64,000 nt of DNA from an uncultured Christensenellaceae bacterium (GTDB lineage Bacteria > Bacillota > Clostridia > Christensenellales > Borkfalkiaceae), in NCBI GenBank assembly GCA_910586825.1, contig CAJUJF010000010.1:5589-69588 (forward strand), written 5' to 3'. Made by a program: the position numbers and the translations under genes. Shown here one piece after another: positions 1 through 9,657 of the stretch. Below the pieces are notes generated by a model. That model was not told the origin of the DNA. It searched no databases and saw only the letters and a program-made list of their open reading frames with translations. Each line of letters starts with the position of its first letter. The stretch's first letter is position 1.

Positions 1-507
1 TTGCCCGTACTTCTCGTGCTTGGCGGAGGAAGCGGAAGCAAAACCGTTAACGACGCGTTGCGCCGCCGCTTGCCGGAATTATTGAAGAAATTCAACATCC
101 TGCATCTGTGCGGAAAAGACAATCTTATGGAAAATCCGCCGGAAGGCTATGTGCAACGCGAGTACGAATCGGATATGGGAAGCGCTTACGCTTGCGCGGA
201 TCTCGTCCTCTCCCGTGCCGGAAGCAACACGGTATTCGAGCTTCTCGCGCTCAAAAAGCCCGCGTTGCTCGTTCCGCTCGAACGCGCGTCCCGCGGCGAC
301 CAACTTGAAAACGCACTCTATTTCGAACGCAAAGGACTTTGCGCGGTACTTCGCGAAGACATGCTCGACACTCTTCCCGACGCGCTCGAAGCCGCGTATG
401 GCAACGCCGCGCTGAAAAGAGCGCTGTCGGAATCGGAAATCAAGAGCGGTACGCCGGAAATATTAGAACTCATTCGGGACACCTTACCAGACGGCGCGAG
501 CGGATAG
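1..507 (+). CDS. murG: MurG (undecaprenyldiphospho-muramoylpentapeptide beta-N-acetylglucosaminyltransferase), C-terminal part; 5' end lies outside the window
   Basis: The ORF is open at the window start. GGGSGSKTVN, ADLVLSRAGSNTVFELLALKKPALLVP and RGDQLENA match the conserved UDP-GlcNAc-binding C-terminal half of GT28 MurG enzymes. Confidence 0.85.
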   Translation: MPVLLVLGGGSGSKTVNDALRRRLPELLKKFNILHLCGKDNLMENPPEGYVQREYESDMGSAYACADLVLSRAGSNTVFELLALKKPALLVPLERASRGDQLENALYFERKGLCAVLREDMLDTLPDALEAAYGNAALKRALSESEIKSGTPEILELIRDTLPDGASG

Positions 508-1151
508 CCGTTTCCGAAAATATCCGCTTGCAGATACGTATCGGGAACTTTTCCGAGCAATACGCTTTCGCAGATAAGCACTTCCGTCAACGATGCGAAA
601 TTGCTCGTGCCCGACGGCATGACGATCGAAATATCCGCAACGATTTCAAGATAGATCGAATGTTTGGTCTGATTGATCCCCGCCGACTCGAACGAAGAAA
701 CAAACCGGCAAGCGACGTTGGAAATCGGAATGATCTTGACGTGAATTTTCGGTCCGAAACCCGCCCAGGCTTCCACGCCCGTCAGCGCGCCGAGCGGGAT
801 CTCGATTCCTCCTTCGCTCATCGTCTGTAAATTCTGCTGAGACATATACGCGGTATCGCGGGCAATGCGGTTAATCTGCAAAGAATTGGAAGTGATGGCG
901 AGAATATTTCCGACTTCGTCGCGTTCGACGGCAACCAGATCTTCATAGCGGATATGGTCGGAAAGCGTATAGTAAATGGCATCGTTCACGGCGACGGTCG
1001 TGATCGACCGCATGCTCGACTCTGCGATCGACTTCAATACGCCCGTGATATTCCGCTGAACGAACACGACGATGCCTATCAGAAAAAAAGCGACGACCAC
1101 GGTCACGATTCTTCTGCGCAGTTTGGTCGCCTTGCTTACATAACGCTTCAC
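318..1151 (-). CDS. yunB: Sporulation protein YunB
   Basis: An N-terminal TM helix (IVTVVVAFFLIGIVVFV) is followed by a YunB-like domain (GGIEIPLGALTG, GPKIHVKIIPI, TKHSIYLEIVADISIV, GKVPDTYL). Coordinates cover the full ORF. Its last ~63 codons run antisense through the murG 3' end. Confidence 0.75.
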   Translation of the reverse strand: MKRYVSKATKLRRRIVTVVVAFFLIGIVVFVQRNITGVLKSIAESSMRSITTVAVNDAIYYTLSDHIRYEDLVAVERDEVGNILAITSNSLQINRIARDTAYMSQQNLQTMSEGGIEIPLGALTGVEAWAGFGPKIHVKIIPISNVACRFVSSFESAGINQTKHSIYLEIVADISIVMPSGTSNFASLTEVLICESVLLGKVPDTYLQADIFGNGYPLAPSGKVSRMSSNISGVPLLISDSDSALFSAALPYAASSASGRVSSMSSRSTAQSPLRSK

Positions 1152-1254
1152 GCCATTATTTTATGCGCCCGAACAAGCGGTTATGAAAGATTGTCCGATA
1201 CGGAAAACGCGGACGGGATCCCCCGTCCGCGTTCTTTTCGGTTGTAACTTCCCC

Positions 1255-1407
1255 TCACAATTCCGATTCGTAATGGCAGTCGGAATACTGCGTAGGAGGC
1301 ATGGTCTCGCCCTCGCCCACATAGATGGTATTGATGACGTTGCCGTGTCCGTCGATTACTTTGTACGATCCCGTTTTCGGGCATACGTCGCCGCAATGCA
1401 ATTTCAT
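1255..1407 (-). CDS. Small 50-aa protein, YjzC-like
   Basis: Absent from the supplied ORF track because it is under 60 aa. The ATG at 1407 is preceded by GGAGGTGAATC. It translates to MKLHCGDVCPKTGSYKVIDGHGNVINTIYVGEGETMPPTQYSDCHYESEL, stop TGA at 1255-1257. The P-x-x-G-x-Y ... G-E-G-E-x-x-P-P-T pattern resembles YjzC-family small proteins. Confidence 0.45.
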   Translation of the reverse strand: MKLHCGDVCPKTGSYKVIDGHGNVINTIYVGEGETMPPTQYSDCHYESEL

Positions 1408-1460
1408 GATTCACCTCCGTTATCCGCAGTATGCGTCGCAACGGAAAAATTATACCCCGA

Positions 1461-2291
1461 TCAATACGGAACAGCCGAAATCGCGTCCAGCCAAAAACAG
1501 GTAAGCGATAAAATCACGAGATAGCATGCAAACCACTTGTAATTACCCTTCCCGATCACTTTCAGCATAACGCCGATCGCCAAAAAGCCGAAGAACGCTG
1601 CAAACGCAACGCCGAACAGCATTCCGACGATTTCATTGAAGCCGAACGCGATCGCAACGCCTTCGGACGGAAATACCGCGTCTTTCATTCCGACGGCGAA
1701 CCCGCCCAGAATGACGGGGATACTCATCAAAAAAGAAAATTTCGCAAGCTTTTCGGGCTTGGCGCCCGCAAAAGTACCGGCGGCGATCGTCGAACCGCTG
1801 CGGGAAATACCCGGAAAGAGCGCAACCGCCTGCGCAATGCCCATTGCCGCGGTGTTGCCCCAATTCAAATCGAAATGCCTCTTTCTGCGTTTGGCGGCAA
1901 ACTCGGTCGAAAGCAACAAAAGCGCGGTCACGGCGAAACATACGGACAAATACAACAGTCCGTCCGCGCCAGCAAACAAGGCGTCGATCTGCGAATGAAA
2001 GATCAAGCCCACGACCGCCGCGGGGACCGTCGCGACGACGAGCATCAACAACGTGCGGAACGGTTTTTTGAATAACGCGACAATATCGCGCCGGAACACG
2101 ATACAGACGGAGAGCAGCGTGCCGAGGTGCAACATGAGATTGACGAGCGTCATGCTGCCGCCCGTGAGATCGAAGCCCAAAAGCCGCTGTAAAAGCGATA
2201 GATGCCCGCTAGAAGAAACGGGCAGGAACTCCGTGAGTCCCTGCACCGTACCAAGTAAAGATGATTTCCAGATAGCTTCCCAAAGCGTCAT
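1461..2291 (-). CDS. uppP: Undecaprenyl-diphosphate phosphatase (BacA/UppP)
   Basis: Polytopic membrane protein with the diagnostic GLTEFLPVSSSGHL and PGISRSGSTI motifs. Confidence 0.9.
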   Translation of the reverse strand: MTLWEAIWKSSLLGTVQGLTEFLPVSSSGHLSLLQRLLGFDLTGGSMTLVNLMLHLGTLLSVCIVFRRDIVALFKKPFRTLLMLVVATVPAAVVGLIFHSQIDALFAGADGLLYLSVCFAVTALLLLSTEFAAKRRKRHFDLNWGNTAAMGIAQAVALFPGISRSGSTIAAGTFAGAKPEKLAKFSFLMSIPVILGGFAVGMKDAVFPSEGVAIAFGFNEIVGMLFGVAFAAFFGFLAIGVMLKVIGKGNYKWFACYLVILSLTCFWLDAISAVPY

Positions 2292-2303
2292 GCCAACTCC
2301 GAA

Positions 2304-4436
2304 TCAGTCGTCTAAATTCAGCAGGTCGGAATAAGCGCTCTCGTAAACGGTCGCACAGCCTTTATAGTTCGTTACGATCGTCGTCTGTTTGGTGGAACTG
2401 TAATTCTCCACGATCGTCGCTTTCACCGATTCGTAGAAGAGGTTCGAAAAAGATCCCTCTTCGTCCGCTTCCGAAGCCAGATAGGTGAAAGGTCTGATTT
2501 CTCCGTTCTGTTCTTTGAAGGAGAACGTGCAGTAAATTACATGCCAGCCGTAATCGGAAGGAACGATTTTATACGCGCCCGCGCCTTCTTTGCAAACTTC
2601 CTGCGCTGCATACTCGAATTCGCTCACAAAGCTCGTTTTGCTCGTCACGATCGAATAGCCGAGATAGGAATTCAAACCCGCCGTATCGGTATTATACGCA
2701 AACGAGAGTTCGTTTATTACCGACAGCGCTTTATTTTCCTGCGAACCGGCAACAAAAAGACGGTTTGCATTGAAATTGTCGAGTTTGACCTTTCCTTCGT
2801 AATATACGAACTTGGAATAGTCCACTTTTCCGTCCTCGTTATAATAGCTCGGTTGGGAATAGTAAGCGTCTTTTCCGTTGGAATATTTGTTTTCTTCGAT
2901 TGCGAAGCCCGCAGAAGCGAAATAGCCCTCCATTTCCGAAATAAACTCGTCGACAGTGATCTTTTTCGGGCTGAGCACGTATTTGTCGTCCGCATCCTTC
3001 GTGACGTTGCCGTTGTAGGTATACTGTCCGAAATATTTTTTCAGCGGTTCGTATTTCGATTCGTTCTCATTGCCCGATTCGATGTTCAGGCAATCTTCAA
3101 AGAACAGATACTTGCGGTTCGTGTCCAGATAGTCGCCCGTGCCGCGGAATCTGTCGTTCGTCTCGTGTCCCTCTTCGTCGGTATTCCACGAATAATCGGT
3201 ATTCCCCGTGAACCACGTGCCGCGCTGGTCGGTCGCGCGGATCTCTTTGAGGATCTGCGCGCGCTGTACGAAAGAATTCCCCTGCTTGTCGCCGTAATCG
3301 GCATTCAGTGCGCTGACGCGCGCCGCCTGCGACTTGTTGAACGGAAGCAGAATATTGATGACGTAACCGTAATTCTCGGACGGCGCCGTGAGCAGGAACT
3401 TGCTGTCGGAAAGATTGTCGAGCTGAGAATCGAACGAACTCGGATCGCCCGCGAACGCGTCTTTCTGGTTGCGGTACAATTCCTCGTAATAATTCTCCAT
3501 ATAATTGCCTTCGCTCAGCGTCTCCTCCGCTTCCTCTTCCAAAAGGTCGCCGAGTTTCGTCACGATCGCGCTCTCGTAAGCGGATTTGAGTTCGAGCTTG
3601 TAATATCCGAGCGTTTCGAACTTCGTCGTGTCTTCGCCGTCGCTCAAGAGATCGTTCTGACGGAGATTCGCAAGGAACGAGCCGAACGCCTTTCTTCTCG
3701 TCGCGGGCGTAGACCCTTCGATCGTTTCATAGCCGCCGCATTCGGAAGCAGAAGCGCTCGCAACCGCGTCGTCTTTATTCTCGGTCGTCACGACGGATCC
3801 GGTATAGATCTTATACGCCTTGTCGCAATAATCGGAATTTGCGGTATTGACGCCGGTAGGAAGAGTACGAACGCTCACGGATTCCGAATCCTCGTCCGAA
3901 TCCGACTTGATATACGACTTTTCCTGAGAATCGAGCGTATTGTTAAAAAGCCGCTTCGTGCTGTAATCCGCTTTCGCCTTCTCGTCCGCAGTCAGGAAAT
4001 AAGCAAGCCCCGCGATTTCCTTGTCCTGCCCCTCTTTGCCTTCGATCGCGGCGGAATATCCCTCGGGCGTGAAGTCGTCCGACTTTTTCATGAGATACGC
4101 CATGGCGTACTGAATCGTGACCTGACGGTTTACGAGACTTTCGCTGATCGCCTGGAAGGTCTGACGGTAAGTCCAACCGTAAGAACTCATAATGTTGGAA
4201 CCGTTGCTCATGAACGCGGCGATCATATCGCGTTTTAGAATGTTTGCGGGCTGGATCACGTTTTTCAGATCGGGGAACTCCTCCGAATATTGGCTCTCCG
4301 TCGAAATGTCTACGGTCGCGATAACCTGAGCAAAATCCTTGCCTGCATCCGTCGTAACCAAATTGCATCCCGCAAGGATCCCGCAACCCAATACCGCCGC
4401 AAGCGCGAGCGCCGCTGTCTTTTTCTTCTTCATCAT
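2304..4436 (-). CDS. Large (710 aa) lipoprotein with a C-terminal parvulin-like (PrsA/SurA-type) PPIase domain
   Basis: Lipobox signal peptide MMKKKKTAALALAAVLGCGILAGC. The C-terminal stretch SFVSEFEYAAQEV...YKIVPSDYGWHVIYC parallels the parvulin F-x-x-A-A ... G-[YW]-H-[IV]-I core. It sits directly downstream of mfd, where Clostridia usually carry a prsA-like gene. Confidence 0.55.
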   Translation of the reverse strand: MMKKKKTAALALAAVLGCGILAGCNLVTTDAGKDFAQVIATVDISTESQYSEEFPDLKNVIQPANILKRDMIAAFMSNGSNIMSSYGWTYRQTFQAISESLVNRQVTIQYAMAYLMKKSDDFTPEGYSAAIEGKEGQDKEIAGLAYFLTADEKAKADYSTKRLFNNTLDSQEKSYIKSDSDEDSESVSVRTLPTGVNTANSDYCDKAYKIYTGSVVTTENKDDAVASASASECGGYETIEGSTPATRRKAFGSFLANLRQNDLLSDGEDTTKFETLGYYKLELKSAYESAIVTKLGDLLEEEAEETLSEGNYMENYYEELYRNQKDAFAGDPSSFDSQLDNLSDSKFLLTAPSENYGYVINILLPFNKSQAARVSALNADYGDKQGNSFVQRAQILKEIRATDQRGTWFTGNTDYSWNTDEEGHETNDRFRGTGDYLDTNRKYLFFEDCLNIESGNENESKYEPLKKYFGQYTYNGNVTKDADDKYVLSPKKITVDEFISEMEGYFASAGFAIEENKYSNGKDAYYSQPSYYNEDGKVDYSKFVYYEGKVKLDNFNANRLFVAGSQENKALSVINELSFAYNTDTAGLNSYLGYSIVTSKTSFVSEFEYAAQEVCKEGAGAYKIVPSDYGWHVIYCTFSFKEQNGEIRPFTYLASEADEEGSFSNLFYESVKATIVENYSSTKQTTIVTNYKGCATVYESAYSDLLNLDD

Positions 4437-4540
4437 CTACTCCTGATCCGTCTACCCCCCCCGTAAGGAAACGCAAACGGCTTATCACGATATCTTGTCC
4501 GCTTCGGAAACTGCTTAGCGCATACTCCTACACTCTGATA

Positions 4541-4569
4541 ATTATAACCTATTTTTAAATAACTTGCAA
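4541..4569 (-). promoter_or_regulatory. Sigma-A type promoter for the lipoprotein gene
   Basis: Minus strand reads TTGCAA, a 17-nt spacer, then TATAAT (-35 at 4564-4569, -10 at 4541-4546). It lies ~100 nt upstream of the ATG at 4436. Confidence 0.5.
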
Positions 4570-4586
4570 ATAATTCACCGTGAAAA

Positions 4587-7500
4587 TTATGCAAAATTTG
4601 CCGCAAATTTCAAAAATTTCGTCATGAGTACCATGGTTTTCCCGCCGTCCGCCTGCGGCGCAAATTTCAGAACGGGCGCGGTCGTCATATCGAGGGAAAG
4701 ATAGGCGCCGAATTTTTCCATCGCCGCCGACATTTTGGGACTGCTGAGCGCTTCCAGCGCGGCAAATTCCAACGCGCCGCCCTTTTTATCGACGCTGATC
4801 TTCCGTACGCGGAATTTCGCGGCGTAACTCTTCATCATCGCGATCACGAGCAGATTGAGCGTTTCGGCGGGAAGCGGTCCGTACTGCTCTTCCATGGAGA
4901 CGCAGACCCGTTTATAATCCGCCGCCGTGCGGATCTCGGCGATCTGTTTATAGCAATCCATGCGCCCCGCGTTCGATTCGATATAACGTTCCGGAATATA
5001 CGCCGTCGCCTTCACGTCGAGATCGACGCTCTCCTGTCTCTCGCCCGTCAGTTCTTCTTTCAGAATCTTGGCGTACAGCTCGTAACCGACGCGATCCATG
5101 TGACCGTGCTGTTCCGCGCCGAGCACGTTGCCCGCGCCGCGGATTTCCAGATCCCGCATCGCGATCTTGAATCCCGAGCCGAGTTCGGTGAACTGCATGA
5201 TCGCCTTTAAGCGTTCCGCGGCGTTCTCCGTCATGACGCGTTCGGGCTTGTAGGTGAAATAGGCGTGCGCAAGCCGCGCGCCGCGCCCCACTCTGCCGCG
5301 CAACTGATAGAGCTGCGAAATCCCGAGCCGATCCGCGTCGATCACGACGAGCGTATTCGCGTTCGGCAAATCGATGCCGTTTTCGATGATCGTCGTCGTC
5401 ACGAGAACGTCGTATTCGCCGCGGTAAAACGCGAACACGTTGCGTTCCAGCTCGCTCTTTTCCATTCTTCCGTGCGCGACGGCGACGCGGGCTTCGGGCA
5501 CGATCTCGGTGAGCCGTTTCGCATAGGCGTGAATGCTTTCGACGCGGTTGTAGAGTACGAAGATCTGTCCGCGCCGCGCGATTTCCCTCACGCACGCGTC
5601 GCGCACAAGGGTTTCCGTCTCCTCCGCAACGTACGTCTGAACGGGCAGACGGGCGTGCGGCGGTGTCTGAATGGTGGAAATATCGCGGATCCCCGAAAGC
5701 GACAGGTGCAGCGTGCGGGGAATTGGCGTCGCGGTCATCGTCAGGCAGTCGACGTCGCGCTTGTAATTTTTGATCTTTTCTTTATGCTCCACGCCGAACC
5801 GCTGTTCTTCGTCGAGCAGTAAAAGTCCCAGATCGCGGAACTTTACGTCTTTGGAAAGCAAACGGTGCGTTCCCACAATCAGATCGATCTCCCCCTTTTC
5901 GAGTTGCGCCAAGATGAGCGCCTGCTCTTTTTCGGTACGGAATCGGTTCAGGGAAGCAACGCGCACGCCGAAATCTTTCATCCGTTCGGTCGCGGTGCGG
6001 AAATGCTGTTCGGAAAGAACGGTGGAAGGACACATCAGCGCGACCTGACGGCCCGCCAGAATACAGAGATACGCGGCGCGTAGCGCGACCTCCGTCTTGC
6101 CGAACCCCACGTCGCCGCACAAAAGACGGTCCATCACTTTCGCAGAACACATATCCTCTTTGATTTCTTCGAAAGAAGCAAGCTGATCGGGCGTCTCTTC
6201 ATAGGGAAACGCCGCCGCAAACTCTTCGAGCAGTTCGGGATATTCGGGAAAGGCGTACCCTTTTTTCTCCTGCCGTTCGGCGTAGAGCTGTTTCAAGTCG
6301 AACGCCATTTTTTTCAGCGAAGCGCGCACGCGCGCCTTGACGCGTTCGAACTCCCCGCCGCCGATTTTCGAAAGCGCAGGATCGTCTCCGCCCATGTATT
6401 TGGACAGGACGTCCATTTGCTCCACGGGCACGTACAGACAGTCTCCGCCCTGATAAGCGAGCGCGACGTACTCCTTTACGCCGTCCGTCGTTTCGATCTT
6501 TTTCGTTCCCGTGATCTTGCCGACGCCGTACTTTTCGTGAACGGCATAATCGCCGACTTCGGGCGCGAGAAACAGATCCCCGCGGCGCTTTTTGATACGG
6601 CGCGACGAAGCGGTTTTCGTAAACAGATCGTTCGTCCCGACAACGGCGAGTTTACAGCCATGCAGAAGAAAGCCGTTGGCGAGCTCCTCTTCCAGAACCG
6701 CGATCCCTTTCAACGATTCCAAAGCGGAAGGAAGCGGCGCGACGGGAAAATAATTTTCCGTAAGTTCGTCCCGTAATTTTTTCGCGCGTTCGGGCGTGCC
6801 GCACCAGAGCATGGCGCGATAACCCGTCTTGCCCCACGCGCGCAGATCGGTAAACAAATCGGGCAAAGAATTGAGATAGCGGTGTACGGGCGCGGAAGTG
6901 AAATTGTAGATCTTCATGGGATCGAAGAAATACGTCTGCCCCGCGAACGACTGCAACGCAAGCGCGCGCCGTCCCGCAAAATTCGGCGTTCCCGCCCACG
7001 CAACGTACTGTCCTCCCGAGAACCCGACCGACTCTCCGCCCTCCGTCAGCATGCGTAGCCGCTCCCAATGTTCCCGATAAAGCCCCTCGAACTTGTCTTT
7101 CAAGGGCTTGCATTCGTCGAAAATCAGTACGGTTTGCGCATCCGTTTCGTCCAGCAAGGAAACGGAATTTTCCAGAAGCGGAAGAATAAAATCGTTGCGG
7201 TAATCCGCCGCCTCCAACTCCGAAACGATGGACTGCAAACGGGAATACGCGTCCGCGTCGCGGACGCGCCTGAGTTCCGCCGCGAGCGCCGAGCGCAGTT
7301 TCGGAATCTCCCCTTCGGCAATGACGACGTCCGTCGCCGCCGCGATTTCCAATTCGGGAAGCAACGGATAACGCTCGCCCGTAATTTCGTCGTACGGTTT
7401 GATGCTCTCCACTTCGTCCCCGAAAAAATCGATTCGCACGGGATGTTCGCAGTTTACGGGATAGATGTCGAGAATGTCGCCGCGCACGGAGAACGCGCCT

Positions 7501-7976
7501 TTGCCGTCCACCGAATATTCGCGGGTATAGCCCGCCCGCACGAGGGTATCCACCAACGCGCGCATGTCCGCCTCGCCGCCCGCGCGGAGCAGAAAGGTCT
7601 CCAACCGCCGCGGGACCAACTGAACCGCCGCTTCGATATCGGTCACGAGAACGTCGGCGCCGCGCTGCCATTCGTACAGCGCGGTAATGCGGCGGTACAA
7701 CGCGTCTTTGGAGAGCGATTTCCGATACGTCAGCACTTCGTCTTTTGCGGGAAGCAGAACGCATTTTTTCTTGGAAAGCGCGGAAATCGCGGCGTGCGCG
7801 CGTTGCGCCGCAAGCGCGTCGGGCGCAATATAAACCGCCCGTCCTCCGACGAGCGATGCGATCAGATATTTTTCGGGATCGGAAACGCCGAATACCGCCG
7901 CGGGAACGCCGTGCGCGATATCCGCCCCGAGCGCGGGATACTCCCCGCCGAGATTTTCGAAACGAAAAAAACTCAT
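4587..7976 (-). CDS. mfd: Transcription-repair coupling factor Mfd
   Basis: 1129 aa with a CarD-like RNAP-interaction segment (YAVHEKYGVGK) and SF2 helicase motifs (GDVGFGKTEVA, DEEQRFGV, TATPIPRT). A TRCF C-terminal domain follows. The prs-pth-mfd order is conserved. Confidence 0.95.
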   Translation of the reverse strand: MSFFRFENLGGEYPALGADIAHGVPAAVFGVSDPEKYLIASLVGGRAVYIAPDALAAQRAHAAISALSKKKCVLLPAKDEVLTYRKSLSKDALYRRITALYEWQRGADVLVTDIEAAVQLVPRRLETFLLRAGGEADMRALVDTLVRAGYTREYSVDGKGAFSVRGDILDIYPVNCEHPVRIDFFGDEVESIKPYDEITGERYPLLPELEIAAATDVVIAEGEIPKLRSALAAELRRVRDADAYSRLQSIVSELEAADYRNDFILPLLENSVSLLDETDAQTVLIFDECKPLKDKFEGLYREHWERLRMLTEGGESVGFSGGQYVAWAGTPNFAGRRALALQSFAGQTYFFDPMKIYNFTSAPVHRYLNSLPDLFTDLRAWGKTGYRAMLWCGTPERAKKLRDELTENYFPVAPLPSALESLKGIAVLEEELANGFLLHGCKLAVVGTNDLFTKTASSRRIKKRRGDLFLAPEVGDYAVHEKYGVGKITGTKKIETTDGVKEYVALAYQGGDCLYVPVEQMDVLSKYMGGDDPALSKIGGGEFERVKARVRASLKKMAFDLKQLYAERQEKKGYAFPEYPELLEEFAAAFPYEETPDQLASFEEIKEDMCSAKVMDRLLCGDVGFGKTEVALRAAYLCILAGRQVALMCPSTVLSEQHFRTATERMKDFGVRVASLNRFRTEKEQALILAQLEKGEIDLIVGTHRLLSKDVKFRDLGLLLLDEEQRFGVEHKEKIKNYKRDVDCLTMTATPIPRTLHLSLSGIRDISTIQTPPHARLPVQTYVAEETETLVRDACVREIARRGQIFVLYNRVESIHAYAKRLTEIVPEARVAVAHGRMEKSELERNVFAFYRGEYDVLVTTTIIENGIDLPNANTLVVIDADRLGISQLYQLRGRVGRGARLAHAYFTYKPERVMTENAAERLKAIMQFTELGSGFKIAMRDLEIRGAGNVLGAEQHGHMDRVGYELYAKILKEELTGERQESVDLDVKATAYIPERYIESNAGRMDCYKQIAEIRTAADYKRVCVSMEEQYGPLPAETLNLLVIAMMKSYAAKFRVRKISVDKKGGALEFAALEALSSPKMSAAMEKFGAYLSLDMTTAPVLKFAPQADGGKTMVLMTKFLKFAANFA

Positions 7977-8542
7977 GCGTTGTATTTCCCCATTACGAGA
8001 TCGATCTTATCCCCTTTGGCAAGACAGACCGCCGCCTCCGCCGCGCGTTTGCAAGCGGCGGCATACGCATCGTAATCGGCTTTCGGAATATCGGCAAGCA
8101 CGTAATTGATGATCGGGATATTGACCTGCGGATCGCGGATACCGATACGGATGCGCGCGAAATCGCCGTGTCCGAGTTCGGCGATCACGGAACGCATGCC
8201 GTTGTGCGTCCCCGCGCTTCCCGCAGGGCGAATCCGCACGTGAGCCTTGGGAAGATCGTAATCGTCGTACAGCACGACCAGCTCTTCTTGGGAGATTTTA
8301 TATTTCGCGACAAGCTGTTTCACCGCCCTGCCCGAAGCGTTCATATAGGTCAACGGGCGGGCGATAATCACCTTTTCGCCGCCGATAAACGCTTCCGCAA
8401 CGCTCGATTCGCATTCTTTCTTCCTGAATTTCACGCCGAGGGAATCCGCAACGTCGCCCGCGGCAAGAAATCCGAGATTGTGAAAGGTTTTAAAATATTT
8501 TTCCTCGGGATTCCCGAGTCCTACGATCAAATACATATCCAC
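7973..8542 (-). CDS. pth: Peptidyl-tRNA hydrolase
   Basis: N-terminal LIVGLGNPEEKY...HNLGF signature and a length of 189 aa. It overlaps the mfd start by 4 nt. Confidence 0.95.
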   Translation of the reverse strand: MDMYLIVGLGNPEEKYFKTFHNLGFLAAGDVADSLGVKFRKKECESSVAEAFIGGEKVIIARPLTYMNASGRAVKQLVAKYKISQEELVVLYDDYDLPKAHVRIRPAGSAGTHNGMRSVIAELGHGDFARIRIGIRDPQVNIPIINYVLADIPKADYDAYAAACKRAAEAAVCLAKGDKIDLVMGKYNA

Positions 8543-8586
8543 CCCGAATTATAAGACAAAACCGCCGCGTTGCGGCGGTTGTCGGA

Positions 8587-9534
8587 TCAATCGTAAATCT
8601 TGCTCATCGGCTTATCGAGATACACGTTCTCGATTGCCGCCGCAAATATTTCCGCCGTGGAGAGAATTTTCATTTTGGAAAGCATTTTTTCCGGCGGCAA
8701 CTGAACGGTATCGAGCATGACGAGTTCGGTGATCGCCGATTTTTCCAACCGCTCGATCGCAGGTCCCGACAGCACGGCGTGCGTACAGCAGGCGTGAATT
8801 TCGATCGCGCCCTGATCGACGAGCGCCTGCGCGCCCTGTACGATCGTCCCCGCCGTATCGATCATATCGTCCACGAGAAGGCACTTTTTCCCCTCTACGT
8901 TTCCGATGATGTTCATGACTTCCATCACGTTCGCCTTGGGACGGCGCTTATCGATGATCGCCATCGGACAGTTCAAGCGCTCCGCAACCTTTCTCGCGCG
9001 GTTGACGCTGCCGATATCGGGAGACACGACGATATAATTTTCGTCCATCTTGTCCGCGAAATAATTGTAAAGCGTAGGTCCGCCCAAGAGGTTATCCACA
9101 GGGATATTGAAGAAACCCTGAATCTGCGCGGCGTGCAGGTCCATCGTAAGCACGCGGTCCGCGCCCGCGGAAGTGAGCAGATCCGCAACGAGCTTCGCCG
9201 TGATGGGATCGCGCGAACGCGCCTTTCTGTCCTGACGGGCGTACCCGAAATAGGGCATCACCGCCGTTACGCGGCCCGCGGACGCGCGTTTTGCCGCGTC
9301 GATCATGATCAGGAGTTCCATTAAATTGTCGTTTACGGGCGTGGACGTGGACTGGATGATGAAAAGATCCCTTCCGCGTACCGTTTCGCCGAGGTGAACG
9401 CTCGTTTCGCCGTCGGAAAACTTTCCGACTTCGATGTCGCCGAGCGTGGTGTTCAATCGCTTCGCAACCGCTTCCGCAAGAGGACGGTTGGAGTTGCCCG
9501 CAAACAACTTGATTTCGTTTCCGTGTGTAATCAT
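8587..9534 (-). CDS. prs: Ribose-phosphate pyrophosphokinase
   Basis: [11 protein letters not shown] and the PRPP-binding loop [11 protein letters not shown], at 315 aa. Confidence 0.95.
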   Translation of the reverse strand: MITHGNEIKLFAGNSNRPLAEAVAKRLNTTLGDIEVGKFSDGETSVHLGETVRGRDLFIIQSTSTPVNDNLMELLIMIDAAKRASAGRVTAVMPYFGYARQDRKARSRDPITAKLVADLLTSAGADRVLTMDLHAAQIQGFFNIPVDNLLGGPTLYNYFADKMDENYIVVSPDIGSVNRARKVAERLNCPMAIIDKRRPKANVMEVMNIIGNVEGKKCLLVDDMIDTAGTIVQGAQALVDQGAIEIHACCTHAVLSGPAIERLEKSAITELVMLDTVQLPPEKMLSKMKILSTAEIFAAAIENVYLDKPMSKIYD

Positions 9535-9657
9535 AACCCGATTTTCCTCATAATGATTTGTACCGCACGCTTTTCCGCGCGCGTATTTCTATTGTAACTT
9601 TTTTTCCCCTTTCCGTCAACCGTTTGGGGGAAATTCGCGCAGAATCAACGGAAATTT

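Noticed and set aside
1181-1524. Track ORFs 1181-1441 (-) and 1183-1524 (+).
   Set aside because: They have no RBS and junk-like composition. The region is better explained by the 50-aa RBS-preceded ORF at 1255-1407 and by the uppP 3' end.
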